From an uncultured bacterium (GTDB lineage: Bacteria; Auribacterota; JACPWU01): 32,000 bases of DNA. The notes under the pieces were generated by a model that did not search any database, was not told where the DNA came from, and worked only from the letters and a program-made list of their open reading frames with translations. The stretch lies in NCBI GenBank assembly GCA_964640155.1, contig CAZXEQ010000002.1, positions 300,001 through 332,000 of the forward strand, given 5' to 3'. This document shows, in pieces, positions 29,404-32,000 of the stretch. The position numbers and the translations under genes were made by a program. Every line of letters begins with the position of its first letter. The stretch's first letter is position 1.

Positions 29404-31122
29404 TTGAGATTTAAAATCAGTATATTTTTATCGATTTTTATTTTAGGAGTTTTTACATTATCTATGGCCGAACCTTATTCTATTACTGCAAAAATAAAAA
29501 TTTCTAAGAATGCTTTTCAAAAATATCTCAAGAGTCAGTCTGTATCTAGAGATGCCTATTCTGATTGGACGGATATGGATAAGAGCATCACCAAGGATTG
29601 GATAAAAGATATTAGAAAGAGCGAAGGGAAAGATTTGGATAAAGGTACAAATGCAGACTATTTTGCAGGAGTTTTGATCGATATTATCAATACACCACTT
29701 CAAGATATCTTTATATTTAAATATTTAGAAGAGGAGCAAACTATTTTTTATTATCGCATGATCAATCATGATTGGTATGTGTTTGTAAGAAGCGAGTTGA
29801 CAGCTCTTCGAGAAATTTCAAAGTACAAAGACATTGTAACAGAAGATATGGTTGTAATTTCTAATTATCCTTATGCAGATGGATTTAACAGCAATTTTGC
29901 TATTTTAAAAATATTCAAAGAGAAAAGTCATTTCATAAAAAACGATACTTCTATTAAAGAAATAACCCGTTCATATGCATCTTCAATAGATGATTATTTT
30001 AATCAACTTGGTAAAAAATACAAAGATCCCAGTGTTGGAGATTATTTTAAAGATAAAAAGTTTATTGAACCTATCATCAGGAATAGATATCTCTCATTAT
30101 TAAAAAGAATAGAAAAAGAGGAAAAACCCTCAAAAATTGCGACTGCAACTTCAGAAAAACCATTTTATCTTTGTGGTAATTTTTATACAGATGGGAAAAA
30201 TGTTTATACTCATGCAGTTATCGAATATCGAATGGTAGAAAAAGTGGTCAAAGATGCAGATCCCTATAGCTTTAAGCCTTTAAAGGATAATTATTATATA
30301 GATAAAAATTTTGCTTATCATTTTTATCAAAAAATAGAAGGTAGTCACGGTCCGACTTTTAAGGTTTTACCTGGAACTGACGGTGTTTATTGTCTAGATA
30401 AAAATTATTTATATTACAGTGGTAACCTACTCAAAGATGTTGATGTCAAAAATTATAAATTGATTAAAAATGCCTTTGTTATTTCAGGCCATCACGTTTT
30501 TATTTATGGGGAAAAGGCAGATTTCTTGGATGGAGAAACTTTTGAAGTTTTGTCGTCATATTATTTCAAAGATAAAAAAGGTATCTATGGATTAAATGTT
30601 TATCCTCTCGATAAAGAATTGGTAAAAGATAGTCTTGAAATTAAAGAGGCGGATAAAGAGACGTTTGAAGTTGTTTTTGATAATTTTGATACTGACTATG
30701 CTGGTGGAGAGCATTGTGCTTATGCCAAGGACAAAAATAATGCGTATTTCAAAAATGCTGTTTTAAAAGGAATTGATCCTGAAAACTTTAATTATAAAGG
30801 TAAGGGATACTTGATTGATGGCCAGAATATCTATTACCTTAATAAACGGATTCAAGGAAGTGATGCAAAGACGTTAGATATTGATTTGCCTTTCTATTTT
30901 GCCAAAGACAAAAACAAGGCTTATTACTGCGGAATAGAATTGCCGAATGTAGACATTAAAACGTTCAAAGTTTTGCCCAACAGCGCTTATGCCCGAGATA
31001 AAAACAAAATATATTATATGAGTAAAGCGATGGTAAATGTGGATATTGACTCCTTTGAAGTCGTTACTTGGAATCAGGCAAAAGATAAAAAATCAAAAAT
31101 TTATATGGATGAAAGAATCTAA
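29404..31122 (+). CDS. Secreted DKNYY-repeat protein with unknown N-terminal domain
   Basis: 572 aa. TTG start and signal peptide MRFKISIFLSIFILGVFTLSMA. The C-terminal half carries at least 9 D[KG][KNQ]xxY[YF]-type repeats (DGKNVYTH, DKNFAYHF, DKNYLYYS, DKKGIYG, DKNNAYF, DGQNIYYL, DKNKAYYC, DKNKIYYM, DKKSKIYM). Confidence 0.75.
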   Translation: MRFKISIFLSIFILGVFTLSMAEPYSITAKIKISKNAFQKYLKSQSVSRDAYSDWTDMDKSITKDWIKDIRKSEGKDLDKGTNADYFAGVLIDIINTPLQDIFIFKYLEEEQTIFYYRMINHDWYVFVRSELTALREISKYKDIVTEDMVVISNYPYADGFNSNFAILKIFKEKSHFIKNDTSIKEITRSYASSIDDYFNQLGKKYKDPSVGDYFKDKKFIEPIIRNRYLSLLKRIEKEEKPSKIATATSEKPFYLCGNFYTDGKNVYTHAVIEYRMVEKVVKDADPYSFKPLKDNYYIDKNFAYHFYQKIEGSHGPTFKVLPGTDGVYCLDKNYLYYSGNLLKDVDVKNYKLIKNAFVISGHHVFIYGEKADFLDGETFEVLSSYYFKDKKGIYGLNVYPLDKELVKDSLEIKEADKETFEVVFDNFDTDYAGGEHCAYAKDKNNAYFKNAVLKGIDPENFNYKGKGYLIDGQNIYYLNKRIQGSDAKTLDIDLPFYFAKDKNKAYYCGIELPNVDIKTFKVLPNSAYARDKNKIYYMSKAMVNVDIDSFEVVTWNQAKDKKSKIYMDERI

Positions 31123-31176
31123 AGTATAAATTTTTTTGATCTAGAACGTTTCTTTTAACCTACACATCATCTAACC

Positions 31177-31530
31177 ATGAAAAAAGATCAGTTGTTTCAT
31201 GATTATGTTATTCATGAGGTTTTGAAAAACGTTGCTGATATTACCAGCCGTGCCATGTTTGGAGGTTGGGGCATTTACAAAGATGGCATTATTTTTGCAA
31301 TTATCGCTGATGGTGAACTCTATTTTAAAGTGGATGATAGTAATCGTGTTAATTTCGAAAAATTTGACAGCCATCCGTTTGTCTATTCTCAGGGCAAACA
31401 TAAACAGACCACGATGTCTTATTGGTTATTGCCAGAAGAAATTATGGAAGACGAGCTAGAGCTTACTCGATGGGTAGAGGGTTCGGTAAATGTAAGTAAG
31501 CAGAGCAAGAAAAAGATAACTTTGCAATAG
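31177..31530 (+). CDS. TfoX/Sxy N-terminal-domain protein
   Basis: 117 aa. RAMFGGWGIYKDGIIFAIIADGELYFKVDD is the typical TfoX_N core. Confidence 0.8.
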   Translation: MKKDQLFHDYVIHEVLKNVADITSRAMFGGWGIYKDGIIFAIIADGELYFKVDDSNRVNFEKFDSHPFVYSQGKHKQTTMSYWLLPEEIMEDELELTRWVEGSVNVSKQSKKKITLQ

Positions 31531-31646
31531 AATTTTTCTTAAACATACAGCACATGAATCAATATTGAAGACAGAATTTATTTTATGATCTATCTCATAG
31601 AGCCTGGCAGTCTTTTCCTTTAAGCTTTCTCTCAAAGGAGTGAAAT

Positions 31647-32000
31647 ATGCCTCAAAAAATTATTGTTGTGGGTGGGGTTGCTGGAGGAGCAAGTGCTGCT
31701 GCAAAGGCCAGACGTGTCGATGAACATGCTGAGATTATTATTTTTGAAAGAGGGAGGTATGTCTCTTTTGCAAATTGTGGTTTGCCTTATTATGTGGGGG
31801 GCGCAATCTCCAAGAGAGAGGCTCTTCTACTTCAAACTCCAGAAAGTTTTTGGAAACGTTTCAGAGTTAAAGTGTATATCCTCCAGGAAGTTTTAAGTGT
31901 GGATCGTCCCAATAAAAAAGTGAAAGTTAAAGATCTTGCAACATCTCATGTCTTAGATTTTTCTTATGATAAATTGATTCTTGCGACTGGAGCAGGTGCG
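31647..32000 (+). CDS. FAD-dependent pyridine nucleotide-disulfide oxidoreductase, CoA-disulfide reductase/NADH oxidase type (3'-truncated by window edge)
   Basis: Absent from the ORF track because it has no stop in the window. ATG at 31647 follows RBS AAGGAG. Translation MPQKIIVVGGVAGGASAAAKARR...SFANCGLPYY carries the GxGxxG FAD fold and the single redox-active Cys motif of the Cdr/Nox family. Confidence 0.85.
   Translation, partial: MPQKIIVVGGVAGGASAAAKARRVDEHAEIIIFERGRYVSFANCGLPYYVGGAISKREALLLQTPESFWKRFRVKVYILQEVLSVDRPNKKVKVKDLATSHVLDFSYDKLILATGAGA

Overview
AT-rich bacterial chromosomal window (roughly 35-40% G+C by eye, not computed) centred on the replication origin. The core is the syntenic block dnaA - oriC (DnaA boxes plus AT-rich unwinding region) - dnaN - recF - DUF721/DciA-like - gyrB - gyrA - serS at about 8.0-18.7 kb. 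Upstream (0-8 kb) are housekeeping and redox genes: a partial RsuA/RluB-type pseudouridine synthase, TerC, ychF, a PRX-like thioredoxin-fold protein, DJ-1/PfpI, a CDGSH-pirin operon, an orphan rmlC, an STI1/DP-like repeat protein, an FmdB zinc ribbon and an NhaD/ArsB-type permease. Downstream (19.5-32 kb) the character changes. Two tRNA-Ser genes (UGA and GGA anticodons) bracket about 9 kb of small, unrelated stress and accessory genes: PhnB-like VOC, Tag, a C-terminally short MscS, beta-carbonic anhydrase, Zn-ribbon, DUF1428, SRPBCC, AraC-HTH::MGMT, three signal-peptide proteins, a patatin-like phospholipase, two membrane proteins and a PilZ protein. After the second tRNA come an unknown protein, a DKNYY-repeat secreted protein, a TfoX-N protein and a partial CoA-disulfide-reductase/NADH-oxidase-type flavoprotein that runs off the 3' edge. 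I found no CRISPR array, IS element, integrase, phage gene or recognisable multi-gene defence system. The items most worth a second look are: (i) recF has no canonical in-frame start, and an ATG in the 0 frame feeds into a T_TTA_AAG heptamer; (ii) three locally GC-enriched, strongly self-complementary intergenic blocks (1446-1579, about 5008-5185, 14851-14956) that could be unclassified structured RNAs or regulatory elements; (iii) a bacterial STI1/DP-like repeat protein; (iv) an orphan patatin phospholipase surrounded by secreted, membrane and PilZ genes. None of these can be shown to be a novel system from sequence alone.
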